A stretch of 64,000 bases of DNA. Origin: Dehalococcoidia bacterium (GTDB taxonomy: Bacteria; Chloroflexota; Dehalococcoidia; SHYB01). The stretch is taken from contig CBDCOW010000001.1 of NCBI GenBank assembly GCA_965219875.1, positions 604,062-668,061 on the forward strand. Direction: 5' to 3'. Within the stretch, counting starts at the first letter, position 1, and each line of letters opens with the position of its first letter. Position numbers and translations under genes: made by a program. The notes under the pieces are model-generated. The model was not told the DNA's origin, did no database searches, and saw nothing but the letters and a program-made list of their open reading frames with translations. Positions 42,291 to 51,291 of the stretch are shown here, in pieces.

Positions 42291-42326
42291 GCGGTCCCAA
42301 TCAATCCTGGAACGAGGAGACGTCCC

Positions 42327-43124
42327 ATGGCCGGACAGAGCGCGCTATTCGACAAGCAGGTTGCCCTCGTGACCGGCGCCCACCGGGGGATCGGCAAGGC
42401 CATCGCCTTGCAACTCGCCGGCCAGGGCGCCAGGACCGTGGTGAACGACCTCGAGCCGGAGGGCATCAGCGGCGTTGCCGACGAGATCAACGGCGCGGGC
42501 GGCGACGCGCGCGCCGTGGCCGCGGACATCGCGACCGAGGACGGCGCGCGGCGTCTCGTCGACACCGCACTCTCGGCTTTCGGCGGGGTGGACATCCTGG
42601 TCAACAACGCCGGCGTCCTGACGCGCGGGCCGCTGCTGGACCTCCAGGACGCCGACTGGGAGGAGCAGTTCCGCGTCAACGTCAAGGGCCCCCTGCTCTG
42701 CTCCCAGGCCGCGTTCCCGATCATGGAGAAGGGCGGCCGCGGAGGGCGCATCGTCAACATCGCCTCGACCGCCGCACGGATTCCCAGGTATCACCTGGCC
42801 GCCTACTCGGCTTCCAAAGCGGCGCTGGTGCAGCTCACCAAGGTGATGGCTCTGGAGTTCGCCGGCGCGAGAGTCACCGTCAACGCCGTCTCCCCCGGTC
42901 CGACCGAAACGGAGATGGCCCTTGGCTCGTTCGGGGGCGGCGACTCCAGCAAGATGGACGAGGTAGTCAAGGGGAATCTCCAGGAGTATCGCTTGGGGAT
43001 TCCACTGGGACGCCTGCTGACACCGGATGAGATCGCGAGTGCGGTGGTCTTCCTGGCGTCGCCCGGGGCGTCGGGAATCACCGGCCAGGCCCTGTACGTG
43101 GACGGCGGCCAGGAGATGCTCTAG
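42327..43124 (+). CDS. SDR oxidoreductase (DhbA-like)
   Basis: TGAHRGIG, NNAG, YSASK, YRLGIPLGR. Confidence 0.9.
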   Translation: MAGQSALFDKQVALVTGAHRGIGKAIALQLAGQGARTVVNDLEPEGISGVADEINGAGGDARAVAADIATEDGARRLVDTALSAFGGVDILVNNAGVLTRGPLLDLQDADWEEQFRVNVKGPLLCSQAAFPIMEKGGRGGRIVNIASTAARIPRYHLAAYSASKAALVQLTKVMALEFAGARVTVNAVSPGPTETEMALGSFGGGDSSKMDEVVKGNLQEYRLGIPLGRLLTPDEIASAVVFLASPGASGITGQALYVDGGQEML

Positions 43125-43136
43125 CGGCCCGGCGCG

Positions 43137-44057
43137 ATGAACGCCCTCAAGGACAAGGTGGCGATCGTCACCGGCGCGGGACGGGGCATCGGCAGGGGCA
43201 TTGCCCTCTTCTTTGCCCGGGAAGGGGCTGCGGTTGTCGTCAACGATCTCGGCACGGCCGTCGACGGCCCCGGCTCGTCCATGGAGCCCGCGGACCGGGT
43301 TGTCGAAGAGATCGCCAACGCCGGCGGCCGCGCCGCCGCCAATCATGACACGGCGGCCACGATGACGGGCGCGGAGCGCATCGTCGACACGGCGGTCGCG
43401 GCCTTCGGCAAGCTCGACGTGGTCGTGACCTGCCACGGGATCCTGCGTGACCGCATGCTGTTCAACATGACTGAGGAGGAGTGGGACGCGGTCGTTGCGA
43501 CGCACCTGAAGGGGACCTTTGCGGTGTGCAAGTACGCCGCGACGGTGTTTCAGAGGCAGCGGTCGGGGAGGATCATCACCTTCAGCGCCGAATCGGGCCT
43601 CTTCGGCAACTCCGGACAGGCCAACCACGGCGCCGCGACTTCGGCCGTGGCCGGCTTTACAAAGGCGATCTCTCGTGAGCTGGAGTCTTTCGGCGGCACC
43701 GCCAACTGCGTCGCGCCGAGGGCCGCGACCCGGTTGAGCGCCACCGTCTCTCAGGCGCACCGAGCCGTCCGTTCCGAGCGAAGCATCGATCAGGCCGAGC
43801 AGCCTGCCGAATTGGCCCCCGAGGACATCGCTCCGTTCGTGGCCTATCTCGCCGGCGACTTGACCGCCAACGTGAACGGGCAGACCTTCCTCGTCCATGG
43901 CAAGACAATCTCCCTGGTCTCTCAACCAAGGATCGTCGAGACGCGGTACAAAGAGCACGGTTTCTGGAGCCTTAAGGAGCTGCGGAGCGTCTTGCCGGAG
44001 TTGCTGGACAAACGAACGGCAAACCCAGCTCCGGCGCAACGGAAGGCCGGCGCATGA
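43137..44057 (+). CDS. SDR-fold protein with atypical catalytic motif (HxxxT)
   Basis: TGAGRGIG, VVNDLG; GQANHGAAT instead of GQANYxxxK. Confidence 0.85.
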   Translation: MNALKDKVAIVTGAGRGIGRGIALFFAREGAAVVVNDLGTAVDGPGSSMEPADRVVEEIANAGGRAAANHDTAATMTGAERIVDTAVAAFGKLDVVVTCHGILRDRMLFNMTEEEWDAVVATHLKGTFAVCKYAATVFQRQRSGRIITFSAESGLFGNSGQANHGAATSAVAGFTKAISRELESFGGTANCVAPRAATRLSATVSQAHRAVRSERSIDQAEQPAELAPEDIAPFVAYLAGDLTANVNGQTFLVHGKTISLVSQPRIVETRYKEHGFWSLKELRSVLPELLDKRTANPAPAQRKAGA

Positions 44058-45034
44058 CCCGCGATACGACAAAGCTGCTGGAGGGGAAGGTCGGGATCGT
44101 CACCGGCGCCGGCCGGGGCATAGGGAGAAGCGTCGCCAAAGCGCTGGCGGAGCAGGGCGCCCGCGTCGTCGTCAACGACCTGGGCGGAGCGGTCCAGGGC
44201 ACCTCCGAGTCGAGCAGCGCCGCGGCGGATGAAGTCGTGGCGGAGATCGAAGCCGGCGGTGGCGTCGCCGTGGCCAACTACGAATCGGTGGCCACGATGG
44301 AGGGAGGCGAGAGCATCGTCAGGACCGCGGTCGACGCCTTCGGGCGAGTCGATATCCTGGTGACCCCGGCCGGCAACCTCGCCGAGAACACGCTGGTCGA
44401 CATGACTGAAGCGGAGTGGGATGCGGTGATCGCAGTCCACCTGAAGGGCACCTTCACCGTCGCCAAATTCGCCTCGAAGGTGATGCGCGAGCAGCGCTGG
44501 GGCCGCATCATCCCCATTACGTCCGTCGCCGGGCTCTGGGGAAACCGAGGGCAGGCAAACTACGCCGCCGCTAAGGATGGCGTCGCCGGGTTCGCCCGGT
44601 CGATCGCCCGCGACCTGGGATGGTACGGCATCACGGTGAACTGCATTTCCCCGGGAGCGGACACACGGATGATGTCCGCCGTCGCCAAGTCCCCCGAATC
44701 GCGCCACGGCTCGGAGATGGGGGACGGACTGGTACCCACACAGTTCCAGAGGCCGCCCGAGGCCATCGCCCCCGTCGTCGTGTGGCTCGCCTCCGACGAA
44801 GCCGCCAACGTGAATGGACAGATCGTCCACGTGGCCGGGGGGGTCCTGGGTCTCATGAGCCAGCCGGCCGTCGTCCGCGGCATGACCAAGCCGGACGCAC
44901 CCTGGAGCGTCGAGGACATCGCCGCGGTCTTTCCCACGACGCTAGGGGTCGACCTGTCCCCACAGATCCTGTGGGGGGGCTGGCGCCCGCCCATCGCGGC
45001 GCCTCCGGGCACCTGGGGAAAGGGCTGGTACTAG
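44054..45034 (+). CDS. SDR oxidoreductase (MFE-2 dehydrogenase-like)
   Basis: TGAGRGIG, VVNDLG, GQANYAAAK. Confidence 0.92.
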   Translation: MTRDTTKLLEGKVGIVTGAGRGIGRSVAKALAEQGARVVVNDLGGAVQGTSESSSAAADEVVAEIEAGGGVAVANYESVATMEGGESIVRTAVDAFGRVDILVTPAGNLAENTLVDMTEAEWDAVIAVHLKGTFTVAKFASKVMREQRWGRIIPITSVAGLWGNRGQANYAAAKDGVAGFARSIARDLGWYGITVNCISPGADTRMMSAVAKSPESRHGSEMGDGLVPTQFQRPPEAIAPVVVWLASDEAANVNGQIVHVAGGVLGLMSQPAVVRGMTKPDAPWSVEDIAAVFPTTLGVDLSPQILWGGWRPPIAAPPGTWGKGWY

Positions 45035-45038
45035 CGCC

Positions 45039-46031
45039 GTGCCGCGGACGGGGCTTTGCATCGGCAACTGGGCGCCCGTCGAGCTCGTCCAGGAGGCTGC
45101 GAGGCTAGCCGAGGCGCGGGGTTACGACACGCTCTGGATGACCGAGTCGTCCACGGGGATCGGCAAGGATGCCCCTTCCCAGCTCGCCGCCGCGGCGCTG
45201 GCAACGACAGACATTCGCCTCGGTACCGCCGTTCTCCCTATCTATACCCGGACTCCGACGCTCCTGGCCCAAGTGGCGACGAGCATGGACGAGATCTCGG
45301 AAGGCCGCTTCGTATTGGGCCTTGGGAGCAGCCACGGGCCGAACATGCTCGCCCACCATGGCGTCGCCCACGAGCGGCCCTTCCAGCGGATGCGCGAGTG
45401 CGTCGCCATCCTGCGCGATGCGTTGGGGACGGGGGAGGCGAGCTTCGAGGGGGAGATCTTCAGCATCCCCAGCCTCGAACTGCTGCGGCCAAGACCGGAG
45501 CGTCGCGTTCCAGTCTATCTCGCCGCACTGGCGCCAAAGATGACCAATTTCGCCGCCACGGCGGCGGACGGGGTGATCCTCAACATGACCACCCCCGAGC
45601 ACCTCGGCGAAGCCGTCCCACGGATGAGGGATGCGGCGGCCCAGGCGGGCCGGGACCCCGACGCCTTCGACGTTGCGTGCCTGGTGTTGGCGTCCGCCGA
45701 CGGCGCCCGCGCCGAGGAGGTCTGCAGCCTCCAGATCGCGTTCTACTTGCGCATGCCCTTCTACCAGAGCCATCTCAGGCGCGGCGGGTTCGCGCCCGAG
45801 GTCGACGGTATCCTCAAAGGACTCGAGCGCGGCGGTGTTGAAGAGGGCGCCAGAGCGGTGTCGGCCCGAATGCTCGACAGCCTGGCGCTGGCCGGCAGCC
45901 CCGGCCGCTGGGATGAGCGGCTCCAGCGCTACCGCGACGCGGGCGTCGACCTGCCCTGTCCGTTCTTCTTCCAGCAGGAAGGCGATCTGAGGACGCCGCT
46001 GCTCGAGGGAATCGCCGCTCTGGACGGCTAG
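45039..46031 (+). CDS. LLM oxidoreductase, paralogue 2
   Basis: WMTESSTGIGKD and PIYTRTPTL shared with 24459-25499. Confidence 0.9.
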   Translation: MPRTGLCIGNWAPVELVQEAARLAEARGYDTLWMTESSTGIGKDAPSQLAAAALATTDIRLGTAVLPIYTRTPTLLAQVATSMDEISEGRFVLGLGSSHGPNMLAHHGVAHERPFQRMRECVAILRDALGTGEASFEGEIFSIPSLELLRPRPERRVPVYLAALAPKMTNFAATAADGVILNMTTPEHLGEAVPRMRDAAAQAGRDPDAFDVACLVLASADGARAEEVCSLQIAFYLRMPFYQSHLRRGGFAPEVDGILKGLERGGVEEGARAVSARMLDSLALAGSPGRWDERLQRYRDAGVDLPCPFFFQQEGDLRTPLLEGIAALDG

Positions 46032-47308
46032 CCGACGGCGCCGCGGCAGACCGCCTCCACCTCGGCGTCGTTCAGCATCACGGGGAACTTGTTGCCCAGG
46101 GCCTCGAGCTGCACGAGAAGGGCTTCATAGGCCTTTTGCACAGCGGCGCTGTCGCTCCGCAGGCCCATTTGCTTGAGCTTTGCCTCGACCGTCCTGGTGC
46201 TGAGCCCAAGGTTGGTCATGAGCAGGTTAGGACGCGCTCCAACCAGTTCAGGCTCGTAAGGCGTCTTGACGCCGAGGTCCTTGAAACTCTTCCCGTTCAC
46301 CATGCCGATATAGGTGTCCGGCAACCCCGATGCCGTCTGGAACGGTCCGGTGATCGCCTTGTATGGAGGGTTCACTATGCCGGTGATCCTCTCGATGGTA
46401 TGAGAGAGTTTCGGCAATTTGCGCAGGTCGACACCGGTGTGGATCCCGTACTGGAGCTCGAGCGACACGACGACCTCTTCGAGGCTGGCGAAGCCCATGT
46501 CGGCGAGGCCGTTCACGGACACCTCTGGGCAGGCCCCCGCGGAGGTCGCCGCCAACGCCTGCGCCGTGGCAGTGCCGAAACAGTCGTGAACGTGATAGAA
46601 GATCGGGATGTCCTTCTTGAGGCCGGCGCGGATCTGCGACACGAAGTACCGGGTGGCGTCGGGGGTCGCGATCCCTTTGGAGTCGGACATCAGCAGGCTC
46701 TCAGCACCCAGATCGATGTAGTGGTTCTGCCGCGCGATCGCTGTTGGGAAGTCCTCTGGACCGCCCACGTAGACGAACCCCACGCATACCGGAAGTCCCT
46801 TCTTCCTCGCGTAGTCGATGGCGTCGGGAAGCTCGTCCACCGGCTCCTCGGCAGCGCCGTTGCCCTTCGCCTGCGCCAAGACCTTCGGCAGGGAGGCGGA
46901 AAGACCGATGGAGTCCGCCCCATAGTCGGCCATCTTGTCGATGCGGGATTTGTACTCGCCGGGTGCCCACGTCCCGAAGTGGCCCCACGTCCGCACCTTG
47001 ATCTTCAACCCCAGCTTGGTGACGCCGCGGACCGCTTCCCAGACACGGGTCTCTTTCGGTGCGCCGGTGTACTGGTCCGTCAAGAACACCGTCTCCGGGA
47101 TGCCTATCTCGTCGAGCTGTCGGGCGATCTCCTGGTACTCTTCGACCGAGTACAGGCGTGTGCCTTCCAGATGGTCCATCTTGACAAGCGTGAAGTCCTG
47201 GATGAAGACAGGCTCCCGAAAGTTGTACTGGTCCCGCACCTCGGGGATGAAGTTATAGCGGCTCGTCTCGTAGAGCTCGCCTTCCCATGGCGTTCCGTTC
47301 GTGTCCAT
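46028..47308 (-). CDS. Divergent DRE-TIM protein, paralogue C
   Basis: LMSDSKG, HVHDCFG.ATA, VNGLAD.G.ASLEEVV. Confidence 0.82.
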   Translation of the reverse strand: MDTNGTPWEGELYETSRYNFIPEVRDQYNFREPVFIQDFTLVKMDHLEGTRLYSVEEYQEIARQLDEIGIPETVFLTDQYTGAPKETRVWEAVRGVTKLGLKIKVRTWGHFGTWAPGEYKSRIDKMADYGADSIGLSASLPKVLAQAKGNGAAEEPVDELPDAIDYARKKGLPVCVGFVYVGGPEDFPTAIARQNHYIDLGAESLLMSDSKGIATPDATRYFVSQIRAGLKKDIPIFYHVHDCFGTATAQALAATSAGACPEVSVNGLADMGFASLEEVVVSLELQYGIHTGVDLRKLPKLSHTIERITGIVNPPYKAITGPFQTASGLPDTYIGMVNGKSFKDLGVKTPYEPELVGARPNLLMTNLGLSTRTVEAKLKQMGLRSDSAAVQKAYEALLVQLEALGNKFPVMLNDAEVEAVCRGAVG

Positions 47309-47480
47309 TAGGGCCCCCTCCATTCGATTGGGAGTCTTCGAGAACCTAGCGTTCCTTTGTCAAAGGGCCGGGTCCTTAGTATTGTCACGGGTGGTGTCCC
47401 TCACCCGACAATACCAAGAACTCTGACGGTTTACGAGGCTCGGTGCACACCGGCTTAGTGGCGGACCCTGGGGGGACGGG

Positions 47481-47534
47481 CGCGCCCCCTCTCAGTCTGC
47501 CCCAGAACGCGCCCCCTCTCAGTCTGCCCCAGAA
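47481..47534 (+). repeat. Exact 27-bp tandem duplication
   Basis: CGCGCCCCCTCTCAGTCTGCCCCAGAA x2. Confidence 0.9.
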
Positions 47535-47636
47535 AAGGAGAAGTTGGAAGAAAAAGTGTCCCCTATAGAAGGTTGCGCTACCGATTGACCGGTTCGGGGG
47601 CGTGTGCTACGCTCCGCGCTCCATCGGGAGGGTCCG

Positions 47637-47712
<76 letters not shown>

Positions 47713-47746
47713 TCGCAGCAGGTTCGGACGCTGGCCCGGCCGCGAT

Positions 47747-47828
47747 GGGGAAGTGTCGGAATTGGCAGACGAGCATGATTTAGGATCATGTGCCGAAAGG
47801 CGTAGGAGTTCGAGTCTCCTCTTCCCCA
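47747..47828 (+). tRNA. tRNA-Leu(TAG), CCA not encoded
   Basis: GGGGAAG/CTTCCCC, CATGA-TTTAGGA-TCATG, long variable arm. Confidence 0.93.
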
Positions 47829-47947
47829 CTTCCAAAAAAATCCACACGCCGAGCACGTTACGCGCGAACATGGTATAAGGTAAGGTGGGTCGGGCGGGTC
47901 GCCGAATGCACCCGCCGGCAGATTAGGTCCAGGCGAGGAGGTCGGAA

Positions 47948-49024
47948 GTGGCCGACAACGAAGCCGCAGGCGCCGTCGAAGACGTCGCCGCAGAAGCTGC
48001 GACCGGTTCCAACGGAGCGTCGTCCGATTCCAACGAGTTCCTTCTCGACGTCCAGGATCTCAGGACCTACTTCTACACGCACACCGGCGTCGTCAAAGCC
48101 GTCGATGGCGTGGACTGGAACCTGAAGGAAGGCGAGACCCTCGCCCTCGTAGGCGAAAGCGGCTCGGGCAAGAGCGTGAGCGCCCTTTCCGTGATGCGCC
48201 TGATTCCGGAGCCGCCGGGCAAGATCGTCAGCGGTAAGATCCTGTTCCAGGGCAAGGACATGGTCCAGATGCCGGCGGATCAGATCCGGAAGATCCGGGG
48301 CAACCAGATCTCGATGGTCTTCCAGGAGCCCATGACCTCGTTGAACCCGGTGTTGACTATCAGCCGCCAGCTCACCGAGACTTTGGAGCTGCACCTGGAC
48401 TTGGACAAGAGAGCCGCCAAGGACCGCGCCATCGAGCTGCTCGACATCGTCGGTATTCCCGACGCGGGCCGACGGGTCGACGACTATCCCCACCAGTTCA
48501 GCGGCGGCATGCGCCAGCGCGTGATGATCGCTATGGCGCTGTCGTGCGACCCCAAGCTGATCATCGCCGACGAGCCCACGACGGCGCTCGACGTGACGAT
48601 TCAGGCGCAGGTGCTCGAGGTCATCAACGAGCTCGCGCAGCAGTTCAACACCTCGATCATGATCATCACCCACAACCTGGGCGTCGTGGCCCGCCACGCC
48701 GACCGGGTGAACGTGATGTACGCGGGGCACATCGTGGAGACCTCCACAGCGTTGAAGGTCTACGGCGACCCCCACCATCCCTACACCGAGGGCCTGCTGC
48801 AGTCGGTGCCGCGCCTCGACGAGACGGTCAGGCAGCGGCTGGTGCCTATCGAAGGGCAGCCGCCCGACCTCTCGAACCTGCCCGTGGGCTGCCCCTTCCA
48901 GCCCCGCTGCCGCTACGCGTTCGACCGATGTAAGGAAGAGAACCCGCCCCTGATCCCCGTGGCCGATGACCACTGGACCGCCTGCTGGTACGACATGAAG
49001 GAAGGAAAGCCGAGGGCCGTATGA
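47948..49024 (+). CDS. Oligopeptide ABC ATPase, OppD-like
   Basis: [16 protein letters not shown]. Confidence 0.93.
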   Translation: MADNEAAGAVEDVAAEAATGSNGASSDSNEFLLDVQDLRTYFYTHTGVVKAVDGVDWNLKEGETLALVGESGSGKSVSALSVMRLIPEPPGKIVSGKILFQGKDMVQMPADQIRKIRGNQISMVFQEPMTSLNPVLTISRQLTETLELHLDLDKRAAKDRAIELLDIVGIPDAGRRVDDYPHQFSGGMRQRVMIAMALSCDPKLIIADEPTTALDVTIQAQVLEVINELAQQFNTSIMIITHNLGVVARHADRVNVMYAGHIVETSTALKVYGDPHHPYTEGLLQSVPRLDETVRQRLVPIEGQPPDLSNLPVGCPFQPRCRYAFDRCKEENPPLIPVADDHWTACWYDMKEGKPRAV

Positions 49025-50067
49025 CGCAGGAAGCCGCTACCCAAGCCGCCGCACAAGACACCGCCGCCAACGGCGGCCGGACCGCCGCCCACGGCGAACT
49101 CCTGCTTGAGGTCCGCAACCTCAAGATGTACTTCCCTGTGACCCAGGGGATCGTCTTCCAGCGGAAGGTCGCCGATATCAAAGCCGTAGACGACGTCAGT
49201 TTCCACATCAACCGCGGCGAGACCTTGGGCCTCGTCGGCGAGAGCGGCTGCGGCAAGACCACCACGGGCAGGGCCATCCTCCAGCTCTACCAGCCCACCG
49301 ACGGCTCGGTGGTCTACGATGGCCGCGACCTCACCGCGATGCGACCGTCCGAGATGCGGCCGATGCGGCAGCGGATGCAGATCATCTTCCAAGACCCCTA
49401 CGGCTCCCTGAACCCCCGCATGACCGCGGGCGGCATCATCGGCGAGCCGCTGGTCATTCACAACCTGGCATCCACCAAGGAAGAGCGCAACGCGCGGGTT
49501 GAAGAACTGCTCACCATTGTGGGGCTCAACCCCCACATGAAAGACCGCTACCCCCATGAGTTCTCCGGCGGCCAGCGCCAGCGCATCGGGGTCGCCCGGG
49601 CGCTCGCGGTGCAGCCCGACCTGATCGTCTGCGACGAGCCGGTCTCGGCGCTCGACGTCTCGATTCAAGCCCAGATCATCAACCTTCTGGAAGAGCTCCA
49701 GGAGCAGTTCGGCCTGACCTACCTGTTCATCGCCCACGACCTCGCCGTTGTCCGTCACATCAGCGACCGCATCGCCGTCATGTACCTCGGCAAGGTCATG
49801 GAGCTTGCCGACCGCAACGAGCTCTACGAGAACCCGCTGCACCCCTACACCAAGGCGCTGCTCTCCGCCGTCCCGGTTCCCGACCCGGTGGTCGAGGCCA
49901 AGCGCGAGCGCATCGTCCTGCAAGGCGACGTGCCGAGCCCGCTCAACCCGCCCACCGGTTGCGTCTTCCACACGCGCTGCCCCATCGCCATCGACGTCTG
50001 CAAGGCGGAGATACCGGAGTGGCGCGAGATGGCCAAGGACCACTTCGTCGCCTGCCACCGCGTCTAG
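49021..50067 (+). CDS. Oligopeptide ABC ATPase, OppF-like
   Basis: [17 protein letters not shown]. Confidence 0.93.
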   Translation: MTQEAATQAAAQDTAANGGRTAAHGELLLEVRNLKMYFPVTQGIVFQRKVADIKAVDDVSFHINRGETLGLVGESGCGKTTTGRAILQLYQPTDGSVVYDGRDLTAMRPSEMRPMRQRMQIIFQDPYGSLNPRMTAGGIIGEPLVIHNLASTKEERNARVEELLTIVGLNPHMKDRYPHEFSGGQRQRIGVARALAVQPDLIVCDEPVSALDVSIQAQIINLLEELQEQFGLTYLFIAHDLAVVRHISDRIAVMYLGKVMELADRNELYENPLHPYTKALLSAVPVPDPVVEAKRERIVLQGDVPSPLNPPTGCVFHTRCPIAIDVCKAEIPEWREMAKDHFVACHRV

Positions 50068-50147
50068 ACGCGCATTCGACAAACGGCTGCTTTCGAGGGC
50101 GTCCCGAAATGGGGCGCCCTCGTTTTTTGCCGTTGACCCTCTCCTTT

Positions 50148-50240
50148 GGAGACCTGTGCAAAGCGTTAGCGCGGAGGGAACGGGCGCCCACAAGGGGCGC
50201 CCCTACGGGAGGGGATGGATTCCCGCGAAAGCGGGAAGAT
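50148..50240. repeat. IS5 end + GTAG-type REP + ATTCCC..GGGAA palindrome
   Basis: GGAGACCTGTGC; GGGCGCCCACAAGGGGCGCCCCTACGG; GATTCCCGCGAAAGCGGGAA. Confidence 0.8.
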
Positions 50241-50400
50241 CTCCTTTGGGACACGCTTGCGTGACCCGCTTGGCGGCATCAAACAACCATTATCTACTTG
50301 ACGTTTTCTAGCAGGGGTGCCAAGATCAGGCTATGCGGTTGGGAGGGCTGCCTTAGCGGTCCGTTGAGACATGGTTCTCGCCCGGCCGCCTTTTCTTTGT

Positions 50401-51129
50401 ATGCACCTGTTATATCTAGACGACGCTGGTTCGGTTGGGAATCCGAACGACAAGCACTTCATTCTAGCGGGAATCGCCGTATTCGAGCGTCAGGCCCATT
50501 GGCTTGACGCCGAACTGGAGAAACTGGCTGCAAGTCTTGGATATAGCAATCCCGCCAACATCGAGTTCCATGGGGGTCAGATTCTTTCGGGCCGCGGTCT
50601 CTGGCGACGGGAGCCAACAGTTGAGCGCCGCAGCATCATAAGGCGCGGGCTAGAAACGGCGCGGGCGCTTCTTGGAGACTGGCGGCTCTTCGGGGCTGTG
50701 GTCGACAAGCGTGAACGCTCTCCTGAGGACCCGACCGAATACGCCTTCGAGCAACTCTGCAACAGGTTTGATCGTTTTCTCCAGCGCTTGCACCATCAGG
50801 GTGACAGCCAGAGAGGACTGATCGTTCTGGACAAGTCTACGAGGGAAACGCGACTCCAATCCCTTGCTGCTGAATTCAAAACAGCAGGACATCGATGGGG
50901 TGTCACCCGGAATCTGGCCGACGTGCCATTCTTCGTCGATTCGAAGGCGACGCGCCTAATCCAGTATGCCGATCTCGTTTCTTACGCGTTGTGGCGGAAA
51001 TTCGAGAAGCAGGACGACGAGTTCTTCGATGCGGTCTCGGATGCCTTTGACCGGGAGGGAAGCGTCGTCCACGGTCTTCATCACTACAAGAACCGTAGCG
51101 AGTTCTGTGACTGCCCCGGTTGCGCTTGA
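50401..51129 (+). CDS. DUF3800 domain protein (RNase H-like fold)
   Basis: LYLDDAGS, EFH, FFVDSK..RLIQYADL. Confidence 0.85.
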   Translation: MHLLYLDDAGSVGNPNDKHFILAGIAVFERQAHWLDAELEKLAASLGYSNPANIEFHGGQILSGRGLWRREPTVERRSIIRRGLETARALLGDWRLFGAVVDKRERSPEDPTEYAFEQLCNRFDRFLQRLHHQGDSQRGLIVLDKSTRETRLQSLAAEFKTAGHRWGVTRNLADVPFFVDSKATRLIQYADLVSYALWRKFEKQDDEFFDAVSDAFDREGSVVHGLHHYKNRSEFCDCPGCA

Positions 51130-51195
51130 CTTCCTGATCAGCCCGGCGACATGCGCTGGATGTCGCACTGGCGTACCACCGAGGAAAGCGCGACA

Positions 51196-51225
51196 TTGAC
51201 CCCTGTCGGTAAGGGCGTCTATACT
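51196..51225 (+). promoter_or_regulatory. Putative sigma70 promoter of the pur operon
   Basis: TTGACC-N18-TATACT. Confidence 0.5.
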
Positions 51226-51291
51226 GAACTTCCGTTCCTTGGTGGCTTCGATTCTCCCGAACGCTCGGCTGCGGCGCAGTGTAAGGAACAA

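Noticed and set aside
40176-44072. Long antisense ORFs (699 aa, 575 aa and similar ones elsewhere, e.g. 51928-53823)
   Set aside because: Shadows of well-supported genes in high-GC DNA, with no recognisable motifs.
51127-51170. SECIS after the DUF3800 TGA (GCGACAT..ATGTCGC hairpin)
   Set aside because: The TGA falls at the natural domain end, not at a conserved Cys; more likely a terminator-type stem.
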